A stretch of 64,000 nucleotides of DNA from Vicugna vicugna. Its lineage: Eukaryota. Below, piece by piece: positions 12,389 to 25,200 of the stretch. The number at the start of each line of letters is the position of its first letter. Positions within the stretch are counted from its first letter, which is position 1. Below the pieces are notes generated by a model, which was given only the letters and a program-made list of their open reading frames with translations, made no database searches and was not told the DNA's origin. The stretch is from contig MU062470.1 in NCBI GenBank assembly GCA_013265495.1, forward strand, positions 186,001 to 250,000, given 5' to 3'. The position numbers and the translations under genes were made by a program.

Positions 12389-14574
12389 TGCCCTTTGCTG
12401 AGAGGTTTCCAGCAATCCAAATGGTCTTTAGAGTAGGAAGTCACCACTGTCCCAGGAACACAGTGTCGCCCACCTGACATCCACAGGGCCTTTAGTTCAT
12501 TTATTTGGCTGTTGACTCAGTAAAAAAAAAAAAACAGGAAAAGGGATGCAGAAGTGCTTCAAGTGGGACTGTAAGAATCAGGGGTTTGAAACATCTACTT
12601 TAAGTAGCTAAAAAGGCAAATTGATGGAATTTGGGGCTGAGGTTTCAATAATCTTGATCGACAAGAGTGGGCTGAGAGGCGCAGGTAATGGATGAGAAAG
12701 CAGAGGGAAAATGTGGTAGTTTGGGGGGGAGATTAGGATGCAGCCACGTGACGGCTTCTGAATCCACGCTGGCCTCCTCTACTTGCAAGTGAAGACGCGA
12801 GTGTGTGGTTTGACACAAAACACGGAGTTTGAGGGCCTGCCCTTGACGTGAGCTTTTCTTCAGGCCACCCAGGGGCTGTCTTTGCTTTTATGTGAAATAC
12901 TTCAGATTTAGTTCCAGCTTCTCAGATATTCAGCTGAGGAGAAGGAAGAACCTGGTGCAAGTAAGGTAAGAGGTTAATGTGCAGAAACTGAGGTCGTCCT
13001 GGGAAGCGGGGCGCGGCGACGATGGGGAGCCTCGGAGCAAACGTGCCTTCGTTCTTTTTCCTTTTCAAGTCTCACGTTCTTCAGGGAAGGGTAGAGGTAA
13101 TTCTTTACGTTATGAAAAGCATATATGCAGTTACTCTATTTTTCAGTGGTTAATGCAGTCACATGGTTGGAAAAAAATCAAAACCGCATTTAAAGTGTTT
13201 GAGTCTCTGAATGGGGCTCTCAGCCTCCCTCCCGCCCCTCCCCCGGGGTGGTCACTCTGAAGCTGTTTGATGTGTCCCTCGATGGTTGGCTTTATTTTTA
13301 TGCTCGAGGACTTGATTCCTTTCCGCCAGTAGTGAGTTTCAGTGAGTCTTGTTTCCTCGGAGCTGTTTACAGGAAGGTGTCTTGGGGCGTGGGCTCCGCA
13401 GTGTCTCTTCCTCACTTGGGGCGTTCTCAAAAGGTCAGGGCCACTCGATAATGAAGTTGGAGTGTCTGTGTTTTAAACGCTTCGTAAAACCTTGGACTCC
13501 CACAGAGGGATGGTGGTGTTTCAAGATAGCGCTGCGGTTTAATGTGTGAGGTTGTGCAGCTTCTTGGTCAGTGTGTGTGTGTGAGCTTGTTGCTTGAGGT
13601 TTCTAAGAATTAACTTTTAAAACGAAAACTCCCAAAATAAGCAGAAACAGGGAGACTAGCGTAAGCCCCACGTACTCCGCTCCCAGATTCAGTGGTTGCA
13701 CGTTTGCCATGATTGCCTCATTTGTCTCTTCTCCTTTTTGTCTCCCTCCTCGTCACTGCAGTGCTTTAAAGTGAACCCTAGACCCTTGTCATCTCGGTTC
13801 TGCGTGCTCTTTAAGTGCCTCCAGTCCCTTGTTACCTAGTAAAGTTCACCGTGGTTCGTTGGCATCCTCTCATACCAGACTCGACCCATCGCTCCCCGTG
13901 GTCTCAGACTTGTCTGGTCCCAGTTAGCCTGTTGGGACCAGGAGCGCCAGGTTCCTGGCCCTCGCGCCTCCTGCTCCAGGGCAGCTCGGTTGCCTCAGGT
14001 GGAACATCCTGGCTCGGCCTGTCTCACAGAGCGACATAAGGATGCAGGAGGTTCTTGAAGTGACAGTGCTTTGCAAACGTAAGGCAGTGTCCGCTCACCC
14101 TGTCACAGGTGTCGCTTCGTCAGCTTTTCTGACTTTATTGTGTGTCATCCGTCTCCTCCTTTCTTACCTCCTCCCCTCTGCCTGCAGAGGTGCTGGGCGT
14201 GCCTTGTCTTGGAACACAGGTGAGCAGCCCCCCCGTGACCCTGGGGGAGCGGCACCCTCGGTGTTCCTGCCGAACCTGCCCCAGCGGTCTGGCCTGCACG
14301 CGGCTCCGTGGCCTCCGGAGCTGGCATGCGTTCGGCCCTGACGGTCGGTCAGACCGCTCTCCCCAGGTTCCTGGCCACCTGCTGGTCACACTCGGTCACG
14401 TGCTTTGGTCCTCAGTACCCCTCACATCGGGGTGTCCGTCTTGGCAACTCCTGCGCCCCGGGCGCATCACCCCCCTCTCCTTGCAGGTCTTGCCTCGACA
14501 TCGCGTTTCCCATATCCGACCGCCCTGGTGCGGCGCCGGCGGCGGGCACCCCTCCTGTGAGCTCCTCGCCTCAC

Positions 14575-14938
14575 CTTTTACTTCTTGTTTCTATGACTCT
14601 CCCTACTCTGAGTACCTCATTTAAGTGGGATCAAACTGTGTTTCTTTCTGAGACTGACTGACTTCACAGAGCATAACGTCCTCAGGGCTCATCCGTGCGG
14701 TAGCAGGTGTCAGGATTTCTTTCCTCTTTAAGGCTGAAATGATACCCATAGTGTATATGTACGCACCACATTTTACTTACCCAGTCCGAGGCAGATTTAC
14801 GGACACTTGGGTTACGTTCATGTTTTAGCTGTCGCAACGCTGTGAATATGGGCATATAGATAATTCTTTGAGACCCTGCTTTCAGTTCTGGGTATGTGCC
14901 CGGAAATGGACTTGCTGAGCTATGTGGTAATTCTGTTG
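14575..14938 (-). mobile_element. Old L1 (L1MB-like) 3' fragment
   Basis: gtacctcatttaagtgggatc...ttcctctttaaggctgaa...tctttgagaccctgctttcagttc matches the L1M 3' UTR pattern. Confidence 0.75.
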
Positions 14939-15254
14939 AACTAGGTTAACTTTGAGGTATATGTGTATATATAAATATAGACTGTAACACATTTTATGGA
15001 GTAGAGTTTTACCGTCAGCTCCAGCAGGTCAGATTTTGTGTGTAACTGTGTGTGTGGTGTGGTGTTGAGAGTGACCGAGCTGGAAGGGATGGAGATGTGG
15101 GATGGATTTGGGATAACGGAGTTGGGACAGGTGCATAGACATGTACCTTGTGTTTTCAGTCCTTTCTGGCTCCTAAATTTTAAGTGAGAAGGGGACAGAA
15201 TCCACGTAGGAAGCTGAAGTAAACAGAACGTGGTCTCCGTCTCTTCCTGCCCAG

Positions 15255-15408
15255 GTACAACATCGAGCCGAGTTTGTACTGCCCATTTTTCTCCCTCGGA
15301 GCGTGCATGGACGGCCTGAGTGTCCTGTTTCACAGGCTGCTGGGGATTTCGCTCCAGGCGGAGCAGCCAGTGAGGGGAGAGGTGTGGTGCGAGGATGTCC
15401 GCAAGCTG
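15255..15408 (+). CDS. MIPEP: MIPEP exon ~11, 154 nt: [21 protein letters not shown]...[11 protein letters not shown]
   Basis: Acceptor cctgcccag|GTAC, donor CTG|gtaagc. Confidence 0.97.
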
Positions 15409-16269
15409 GTAAGCATCCCAGGGGCGCCGCATCCTGGGCGCGGTCCCCGGTCCCCAGTCCCCAGCAGCTCCGCGCAGGTTTGTTGTGCCCCAGTGGAGCG
15501 TCCCCTCACTGCTGCCTGATGAGAAGTCCGGATCGCTCCGTCTGATTAGGACCCTGCGACATAAACACTCTCCTCCAACATCAGTCAGTGCCTGAAGTGA
15601 CTGTAAGCATTTAACAGCAGGGCTCGTTCTCTGAGGAAAACTGTTTTAGAAACCTGATCCGAGGCCGAGGCTTGGACTGTCGACAGACTCTGGTTCAGGA
15701 GACCTTGGTCGTTGCTGGCCATGCTACTGCCGCGCACGGGTCCCTGCTGGTTATCCCAGGGTCCCTGGGCCCCCTTTCCTCTCCTCCCAGCCCCTTCCCG
15801 CCTGTCGGAGCCCATGCTTGTATCGGATGCTAGTTGGTGCCCGGTGCTCTGGTGTGACTTCCTGACTGTGACCCCAGCCTGGAGCCCCCCCCCCCAAGTC
15901 AGGGCGCCCTTCATTTGAGGTGCAGGGTTTTTAGCTTTTCCCAAGGCGGCTTTGAGGATCTGAGGATCCGCAGGCTGTAGCTCTCTGTTCCCCTTGCCCT
16001 GTGCGGAGCACACTGTGCCGCTTCTCTGTACTTGAAGGAGCGGGGATGGCTCGTGTCCCCTGGCTGTTCTGCGGCTGTAGAGTGGGCGGAGGTGGCGTTG
16101 GAAGGACAGATGGAAGTGCGTTCATCTCGCCTGTGGGCTGTCCTCACAAGCTGTGGAGAGGGACTGAATGCAGAGGTGGTCTGCAAAGGGAAGCTGGTGA
16201 CAGGCGGGGGCAGGGACAAGATGCGAGTGATGAAGACGTCCTCCAGCTCAGGGGGCCCCTCGGTCACCA

Positions 16270-16362
16270 TTTGCTGATTTTGTTCACTGCCATCTCCTGC
16301 GTGCCGGGAACAGTTCCTGACACCACGGCGATGCCTCGTGGATGTTTGTGGGGTTAATGAAC
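16270..16362 (+). mobile_element. L2 3' end remnant
   Basis: ttgttcactgccatctcc...aacagttcctgacac...gatgtttgtggggttaatgaa. Confidence 0.45.
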
Positions 16363-16853
16363 ACACACGCGCAGGGAGTTCTCAGTTCTCCGCAAGTTGT
16401 GCAGAGTTGGAGACCAGCCCTCCTGCGAGCCGCGCCTCTCTCGTCGGCTGGGTGGTGGGGTGGGTGTGAATGGTGCTGTCACTGAGTTTAGCAGGGCAGA
16501 TGCTGCGCATTGTGGTTCTGCCTTCCAGGGTTGTGGCTAGTATGCCCGTGTGTCTTGACGTTCTGAGATCGAACGGGGGGGACAATTTGGCTGCTAATCA
16601 GCCAGCCAGCACCCAGCCCCGGTCCCCGGGCGCTGCGTGCCAGGCTGAGCTGCATTGTCGCGGGCTGGCCGTCAGGATGGAGGGCTTGACGGCAGGGTCT
16701 CCTCTCCGGACAGAATCCGTCAGAGGCACCGAGAGATGGAGCGAGGTGGGCGGACGTCGGGGTGGACGCCACCCCGAGGTGATGTGGGCGTAGGAAGTGG
16801 TGAGATGTCTGCACTCGGGGCTGTGGGCGTCTTAGATGCAGACTCTCGTGTGA

Positions 16854-17084
<231 letters not shown>

Positions 17085-17194
17085 TAAAAGGTTGCTGAAT
17101 AGATAAACTTGAAACGAGGGTGTAGAATCTGAAGATGATGAAAGTTGTGAAAGTAACTACGTGAATCTGTGTCTGGGTTGTGGTGACCGTGACA

Positions 17195-17412
17195 GTGACA
17201 GCAACTGACACTTCCCAGCCCTCCGTGTGCCGGCCGGTGCTCTAAGCCCTTCCCACACCACACCTTCCGGTGCTCACCTCGCCCCTCTGAGCTGGGCGCT
17301 ACTGTTACCGGAAAACCGAAGCCAGAGAAGGGATGTTACTTGCTTGGAGTCACACAGTTAGGAGTCCCAAGATTTGAACCCACATGTTCTGACCAGAGCT
17401 CCAGCTCTCGGC
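17195..17412 (-). mobile_element. MIR SINE remnant (GC-shifted)
   Basis: gtgctctaagcc...ggaaaaccgaagccagagaag...gagtcacacagttagg...gatttgaacccac is colinear with the MIR consensus. Confidence 0.65.
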
Positions 17413-18284
17413 CGCCATCCATCCTTGACAGTGGACCTGGCTCAGAACTGCAGACTCAGCCTCTGGGCGGTTCACTCCTTGGGTGGCATACGTGAGGTTC
17501 ATGTTCTCGAGCTTTAGCACTTCCGGGCAGTTTGATTAGAATGGTCAAGAATTCAGGTTGTCAGGTACAGTAGAAATAAGGGTACCTTATATTTAAATAG
17601 TGATTCCCAACTTCCGAAGCAGTTTTAACAGACGTAGGCTTACGAATCTGGGCAATGGCTCTAGTATTTGACAAAGTGGAGGCGAGGCTGGCAAGGGGAC
17701 CAGACTCCAGGACAGCGTGGCCAGTGTGGGCAGAAGGCGGGGCCAGAGCCTGGGTCACCGCTGCTGAGTCCCATGTGCCTTCTCCTTGCTGGAGGCCCAG
17801 CTCCACAGGCCTCAGCCCGAGTCCCCGTTTGGGAGGCGGTGGCCGAGCCCTGCATCTTTGGACACAGGACCCGGTATTTCCAAGACGCAGCTGGTTTTCT
17901 TGTCTGAAAGACGAAACAGCTGCCTCCCAGGTTTCTGTGGAGAGTAAGTGGTGAGTGCGTGCGCGCCGGGAAGGCTCCTCCCAGGGCCTTGCTCTGTGGC
18001 AGTTTGGAGCTTGTCCTGTCCAAGTGACAAAGCCCATGGGTGCGGAAGGTGTCGTCCTGACACGGGAGGGGCCCGGTAAGCACGAGTGTCCCGTCCCCCT
18101 TGCTGTGAGCGTCTCCAGCATCTGCTGTGGCCTCAGCTCAGTGCATGGCTTTGGAGTAACTGAACTCATCAGCACAGCCTCAGAGAATGACTGGTGTTTT
18201 AAGAAGATGAACATTTTAGCAAAATAAAAAGTGCTGGGGGAAAGTGTCCCTAACTAAGTGAGCAGAAGAATGGAGTTCAGGTGA

Positions 18285-18599
<315 letters not shown>

Positions 18600-19686
18600 T
18601 GAAAACATACATTTCTTTCTAAATCGGAAAAAAGCCTTTTATCTGCGTGTCTGCAGTCGTGGGTGGCAGATGGTCTGCCTTGTCCTCTCAGCTGTGAGGC
18701 TGACCTAGCCCTCCTGCGTTTTTCCCGCCGTTGATAGCAGTTCTCACCCAGGAAGGTCTCCGCTCCCGGTCTTTGAGTTTGTGCCACTTCCCGTTGTGTT
18801 GTGTTTTACGTGGACTTCAAGTCGGTGGCCGTGCGTGTGAGTCAGCGCGTCTTCCCAGCAGAGTCAGCGAGTGAGGAAGTGAGTGGATGCTGCCTCTGTC
18901 CAGAGTCAGCCAGGAGACGTGAGGGCGTGCTGAGGGGCGCTCCGTGCTGTGTCCTCACCCCCCACCCCCCGCAGAAAGCCGGGGTGTCTCAGGCTGACGT
19001 GTGGCTGTGCGGGTGACATCAAAGACGTCCCTCCTCGCTGTCACCTCCGAGTCTTAAGCTTCTTATCACACAGGTCAGCTTGAGACCACCCAGGAGAGTG
19101 CTGACTCCGTGTTTATTAACTAACTTCACACACACACACTTTTAGGGGAGGAGAAGATACTTGAAAAGACTGTAGATGGGCCGGACAGAATCATAGTGTC
19201 AACAAAAGGTTCTTACAGGATTTGTTGCTTTAAATAATTTTGAGTTTAAAATGTTGCTTTGTGTGCTGAGGACTGACCTTGTTACCAGAAGGAATTAATA
19301 GATCGAATAATATACTTTGAAAACAAATGAAAAAGAACAGCATTTGGCGAGGGAATTCCGTGAGTTAAATTCAGATGCTCTGCTGACTGTAAGAATGTTG
19401 TGACTGTGCTTCACGTATAGCCCGGCAGCGCCGAAGACAGGTTTGTTTGTAGAGCGTGTGAGCCATTGCTTTACAAGGTGTTTTATTCGGCTGTGCAAAT
19501 ACTTTGTTTTACTTCTAATACATGGGAAAATGTATGAGATTATTTTAAATTTTTCTGCAAATATGTGCAATAATTTTATAGAAGTAAAATATTGATTTAA
19601 TAAATTAAAAGATTATCATAGTTCATCAGAAGTACAAATAAAAATTAAAAGAGTTCATAAAAAATAAAATAAATACGTTGATGTAA

Positions 19687-19839
<153 letters not shown>

Positions 19840-21779
19840 TGACTTCACGCACCGTCCCCTGAGGTGTGGGTGGCCCCTGTGACTCGCCGGGGACGCTGAA
19901 CTCGGCCTGCCTTCCGCACTTTCTTGGTACAGAATCCTCCTCCTGGTGGCCTGCCGCCCGCTTGCTTTGGGCATGGCTCCCATCGAGGGTGGACAGCAGA
20001 CAGCTGCCCTTTAACGTGGGCTGGGCGGTTCCGGGCGTGGTCCGCACGCTCCGCTCCGGGCCCTACAGCAGGTTCCCTGTGCGCCCCGTCCCCGTGTCCC
20101 CTGCCTGGGAAGCGCGTTCCCTTCCTTCTCTCAGAATTTGATTATGGAGCATCACATCAGGTAGTGCTTCCCCGGGGACAGCACCTTCCTTAGTGTCGTG
20201 TGCCGTTACTACATTCATCCTGGGGCTCAGCTTTTAGAAAGGACACTGAAAGGGATTAAAGGAAAGGATGGATGGAGTCAGAAAAATAAGAGCCCAAATC
20301 ACATTTATTTGTGACTTTCTGATTGTATCTCCAGATGCATGATGTGAATTGACCGTTTCTATTTTTTGGACTTGACTTTTATCTAATTGTTATTGTCAGC
20401 TGTAGAGTGATCGGTGGGTTTCTGGATAACTAATCTGAATTAGTCTCCATCATAATCTACTTCAGTGATTAAGATGACAGAGCTGAGACACATGTGGTCC
20501 AGTCATCTGTCTGTTCATCGACCCGCCAGGAGCTGCTCTGGGAATTACGTGAATTATGGAGACTCGGCCCATGGCGGGTCTTGGGCTGACCCTCGCCGCC
20601 TTGGTACCTGCTCAGAACAGTCAGAGCAGAGACGCGCCGGAAGCACTGCTCGGGGGTGACGTGAAGTTCCCCAAGAGGACGATCCCGTGTTACTACCGAC
20701 GCTTTTCAGTAAGAAGAGTGATCTTTGAGCAAGGTGGCTTCAAGGAAAGATACTGCCCAAAGCCATACTTCACAGGAAAGGAGATGAGAAGCAGGAAGGA
20801 ATTAGCGTGCTGCCGTGAATTAATTCAGGTCTCAGGCTCCGAAGGCACGTCCGCGGGGCTGAGGGGATTGCAGACACAGCCTCCAGAGAGTGAAATAACC
20901 CTGTGCCTCCGCAGAGCTTGGAGAGCGCCGGAGGCACGAGAGGAGATGCCTTGCGCGTCCCAGAGGGCCTGCCTCCTCTTGTCGCCAGTTAAGCACCAAG
21001 TGGCTTGATGTTTTCATTTTGAGGGCAGCCTAGCCTAAGGACAGGAGTTAATTCCCTAGAATCTGAGTCTGTAAGTAAATAACACGTAAGCCCGAGAGAG
21101 GAGCAGCAGGACGGCCCGCTGCACGTCAGGAAAGGAACTTTTCTCCATCTCGTGGCGCATTCCAGCGAGTTCTCAGAGTAAGGATAGCATCGCTGTGGCA
21201 TTAACACGAAAGCATCTCGTCTGAGCTGGAGCGCGCTGGCCAGGGGCTGCTCGTGGCGAAGGCGCCAGAGGTCACAGGTGCGCCCGTCAGAGTCCAGGTG
21301 CACGGCTGTCGCTGGCGCCAGAGGTGCTCACTTGAGATTCAGAAGCGTCTTGACAACAACATCAAAGCTGTAGATTTATCTTCCAATCAACAGCGCAAGC
21401 ATAGGGAAGCACAGACTTGGTGGCAGCTCGTGTGAAAAAACCCAGGTCTTAGGCGTAATGAACTTGACGTGAATCGGCCGTCTGCGGGAGCCCCTGGCCT
21501 CACGCCGCCCCAGGCTGCGTCCCGGGGCCTGTGGTGTCTGAGCGACGGGGCCACAGTCGGTCTTCTCGTGCGTGTGGTTCTGGCCTTCAGACCAGCCCCT
21601 GCCCAGCTGCTCCCAGTGAGCACGAGGCTTCTGTCAGTGGCCCCAGCAGGCTCACTTCTGGAAGCGTGGACTTTGTTGTCCTTTAAATGTTGTAATAGGC
21701 AGCTCCTTTCAGTCTTGGTAAAGCACAGCTAGCCTGAAACAGACCAACCTAACCATGTTTCAGAGATGGTTTCCAGTTA

Positions 21780-22350
21780 CAGTCCCTGTGTTCAGTGACA
21801 CCCATCACCACCCTCCACCCCCAGAACGCTTTTCACCCTGCAGAACTGAAACTGTCCCCGTGGAACACTGCGCCCCTCCTCTCCCCCCTCCTCTGTCCCG
21901 GCGGATCTGACGGCTCTGGGGACCTCGTGTCAGTGGAATCGTGAGTGACTGGCTTGCTCCACCCGGCACGGTGTTTCTAAGGTCCATCCACGCTGCAGCG
22001 CGGGTCAGAGTCTCTCTCGTCTGGGTTGTGGAGGCGGGAGCTGCCGCCCCGGCGGACGAGAAGCGCATGTGGCCGTGGTTCCGATCCGCGCCGTGCGGTG
22101 ACCGGTGACACCGAGGCCCTGCTTGTTGCGTGTCCGTGTTATCTTTGGAGAAATGTCGGTGAATTTCAGTGCAGCCCCGTCCACCTGCTTTTTCCTCTGT
22201 TGGCTTTGGCTTTTGGTTTCACATCTAAGTCATCACTAAATCCAACGTTGTAAAGCTTTTCTCCTAAGTTTTTTCCTGAGAGTTTTATAGTTTTCTGTCT
22301 TATGTTTAGATCTTTGAATCATGCTGGGTTAATTTTAGTAGATGGTGCGG
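21780..22350 (-). mobile_element. Old L1 3' UTR and ORF2 C-terminal fragments
   Basis: caccctgcagaactgaaactgtcccc...gacctcgtgtcagtggaatc...ctaaggtccatccacgctgcagc; ttttcctgagagttttatagttt. Confidence 0.7.
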
Positions 22351-22859
22351 CTCTTTTTCATACTTTAACAAACCTGAGACCGGGATCTTGTCAGTGCTCT
22401 GCTGGCCTTAGTGTAAGACGCCTGCTGACAGAGAAAATCACTGGAGCTTTTTTTTTTTTTTTTAACAATTGAGGTTTTGGCTTCAAGGAAATAAGATGGT
22501 CTTGGCCCCTGCTCCGAAGGTGAGCGTGCCGAGCACCCCGATACGCGGGCTGAAGCCGGTCCCTGAGCCCCGTCCTGCGTGTACTGTGGGGAGATGTCCC
22601 GGACGCTTGGATTACGTGCAGCCCTGGACCTTCCCCCTCTTTCTCTCTTACCTGTAAGACCCTGATTCCTGTGGGGGCGGGAGCTTTTTGTCCCTGCCCT
22701 GGATTACTGATCTTGTCACAGGCCTCAGGTCAGTGTCTGAAAATGAAGGCATCTCATCCTCCCTGGCATTCCTGCAGGTCTGCCCCATCTCCCGCGGGTG
22801 GAATTACCCCAGGGCGTGGTAACTGACGAATCCTGGAGGGACGTGTGCCCGGTGGCCAC

Positions 22860-24330
22860 GCGCGTGCGGTCGCCTGCTCGCGGGGCCCCTCACTCTGTCC
22901 TGCGGGTGTCTGTCTGTCCTGATGCCAGGGCCCAGCCGCCTTCCTTGCTGCCACCTTGTTCTGGGTCTTGGCATCTGATGGGGCTCGTCTGGATTGGCTC
23001 TTGGGAAATTTCTTCTCACCTCCTGGGCCTTTGTCTTCTTTCCTGTGCACCTTAGAGAATCAGCTTTTCTCTTTTCTTGAAAACCTGTGATAAGAGTTTG
23101 GTGGGGATTTCGTTAAATCTGTAGGTCAGTCTGGGGAGAGAGAACCGACATCTCTGAACGTGGAGTCTTCCAACCACGAGGACGACACGTCTCTCCGCTC
23201 GTGAGGTCTTCCAGGAAGTCTTAAAATCTCCTCCTAGAGGGTCCTGCTTGACTTGTATGAGCTTCAGTACTGGGTGCCCTCCCTTTCTGATAGTTTTATA
23301 AATGTATGTTTTTAAAAAATTACGTTTTCTTCTTGTTTGTGCTGGTGTTTAAATGTGCAGTTAATCCTTTTTTTGGATATTAATATCTTATTTTTAGCAA
23401 CCTTGGCGGACTTTTGTTACTAATTCTAACAACCTGCTTACAGGTTGCTTCTGCTGCAGATAATGCTGGGTTTTCCTTTCCCACTCACAGGTCTTTTATT
23501 CATCCCGTCCTCCCGGGCACTTCCAAGAACCGGCAGCACAGTGCTGGTGTCGAACGGAAGCTGGAACGTGGTTGTTACTTGCCTTTATCCTGATTCTTAA
23601 AGGAAACGTCTCTAAAGGTTCAGGCTGCAGAGAGGTGTCTGCGGTGCAGGTCTGGCGAAGGTGTCAGGAAGAGGCAGTTCCTTCCTGCTCTAGTTTGCTA
23701 AGTTGTTTTTTTATTTTTTTGATCATTGAGCTCCTGCGTCTTCTCAGACCGCGTCTGCACCTCTGGAGGCGGCTGGGTGGCTGTCACTTCCCTCCAGCAG
23801 AGCTGTGAATGCTGCCTCTGACGTCGGGCACCTCGGGTTCCGCCATGAAGGACTTGGGTCTTAACTCTCTGGTATCTGGTTCATACGGCGCTGGCTTCAG
23901 TGACCACTGCGTGCTGGGGGTGGTTTTCACATCTGTGTTGATGAGAGACTCGCTTGGGTTCTCCGGGTCCTCTCGCTCCTGCTGGTGCTGGCAGTAAGTG
24001 TGTTCCGTTTCACGAGGTGGGTTGTGGGGAGCGCCTTCTGTCCCTTACGAGCACTTGTATGAGACTGTAGTTATCTGTCTCTTGAAAGTGTCAGAATTAA
24101 CTTATGAAACCATCCTGGGTCCGTCATGTTCTCCGTGAGAAGAGTTTTAAAGGACTGGCTTCCTCAGTATCACGGGTCCCTGGCCTTCTTGTCTTCTGAG
24201 GTTTTGCTCACTTGTAGTTTTCTAGAGATTTATCCATTTAGTCCAGGTTTCAAGTTCACGGGCATAAAGCTGTCTGTGGCATTCTCTCCCCCTTCAAGGC
24301 CTGCCACGTCTGTGCTCGCGTCCTTTTCGC
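22860..24330 (-). mobile_element. Old L1 ORF2 (RT region) remnant, GC-shifted
   Basis: ttaaatctgtaggtcagtctgggg, ccttgcctttatcctgattcttaaaggaaa, ttcctgctctagtttgctaag and ttctagagatttatccattt occur in L1 order. Confidence 0.7.
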
Positions 24331-24490
24331 TCCTCCCTCTGGCGACCGTGGTGGAAGGCGAGTGTTGGGCTCGGTAGCACTGGCACAGGGCTGGTGCCAG
24401 CTCTGCTGTCCTCAGCGTTTTGTTTGTTTCAGGTCATTCATTTCTGTTTTCTGATTGTGCTCTTTCTCCTTTTGTGTTTTGTCCTCCCGC

Positions 24491-24603
24491 TTTTTTCTTT
24501 TCTTCCGATTCATTCTTTCTTTCATGGTGGTCCTGAGGGTTGAACCCAGGGCCTCGTGCATGCTACGCACACACTCTGCCGCTGAGCTGTACCCCCGCCC
24601 CCC
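24491..24603 (-). mobile_element. Camelid-type tRNA-SINE
   Basis: Reverse complement gggggtacagctcagcggcagagtgtgtgcgtagcatgcacgaggccctgggttcaaccctcag, with A and B boxes and an A-rich tail. Confidence 0.85.
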
Positions 24604-25089
24604 GTTTCTACGGTGGACGCTTAGAGCTAATTGAGTTCGTCTTCGCTGCCATACGGGCTTACGCGTCCGTGCTGCAGACCGCGCACGGTGTGAGCAGCGC
24701 TTTAGCCGCAGGCCGCAGTTCTGTTGTGACACGTGTCTAACGTTCTGATCTCCGACCAGGGCGCTGCTCAGAGGCGCCGCGCAGCACTTCCAAGCCCCTG
24801 CGGAGGAGCTGTCTGTCGTCTGTCGCTGCTGTGTGGCCGTCTAGCTGTCTACGCCGAACCGCTGTGCAGTTCTCGGCCTAGCGTGTCAGCAGCTTCTGGA
24901 AGTGGCCTGGGGCTTGAGTTCATCGTGTGTTGCCTCATTGTTGGGCTTGGGGTTTCATGCACTTCTGTTAAGCCAGCCTTTTCATTAGATTAGGCCTTGG
25001 GTACATAACTAATTTTTGTGATCTAGCCAAAGTCGAGCTGTAAGGCTTCCACTAGGGTGATGGACATGATTCTTTCCCTTTACTTTTGT

Positions 25090-25200
25090 GTTTTTTTTTA
25101 AACTATTAACACTCTATTTAGAGCAGTTTTAGGTTCATAGCAAAACCGAGGGGGAATGTAGAGATGTCCACATACCCCTGCCCCTCCTCCATTAGCCACT
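25090..25200 (-). mobile_element. L1MA-like 3' terminal fragment
   Basis: tttagagcagttttaggttcatagcaaaa...cccacatacccctgcccc. Confidence 0.6.

Noticed and set aside
17561-18214. 217 aa minus-strand ORF and similar 100-180 aa intronic ORFs
   Set aside because: Low-complexity composition, non-ATG starts and no recognisable domains; typical of GC-rich introns.
21253-21435. ORF with IKAVDLSSNQ, resembling a leucine-rich repeat
   Set aside because: A single partial motif with no ATG start or convincing exon boundaries; chance is sufficient.
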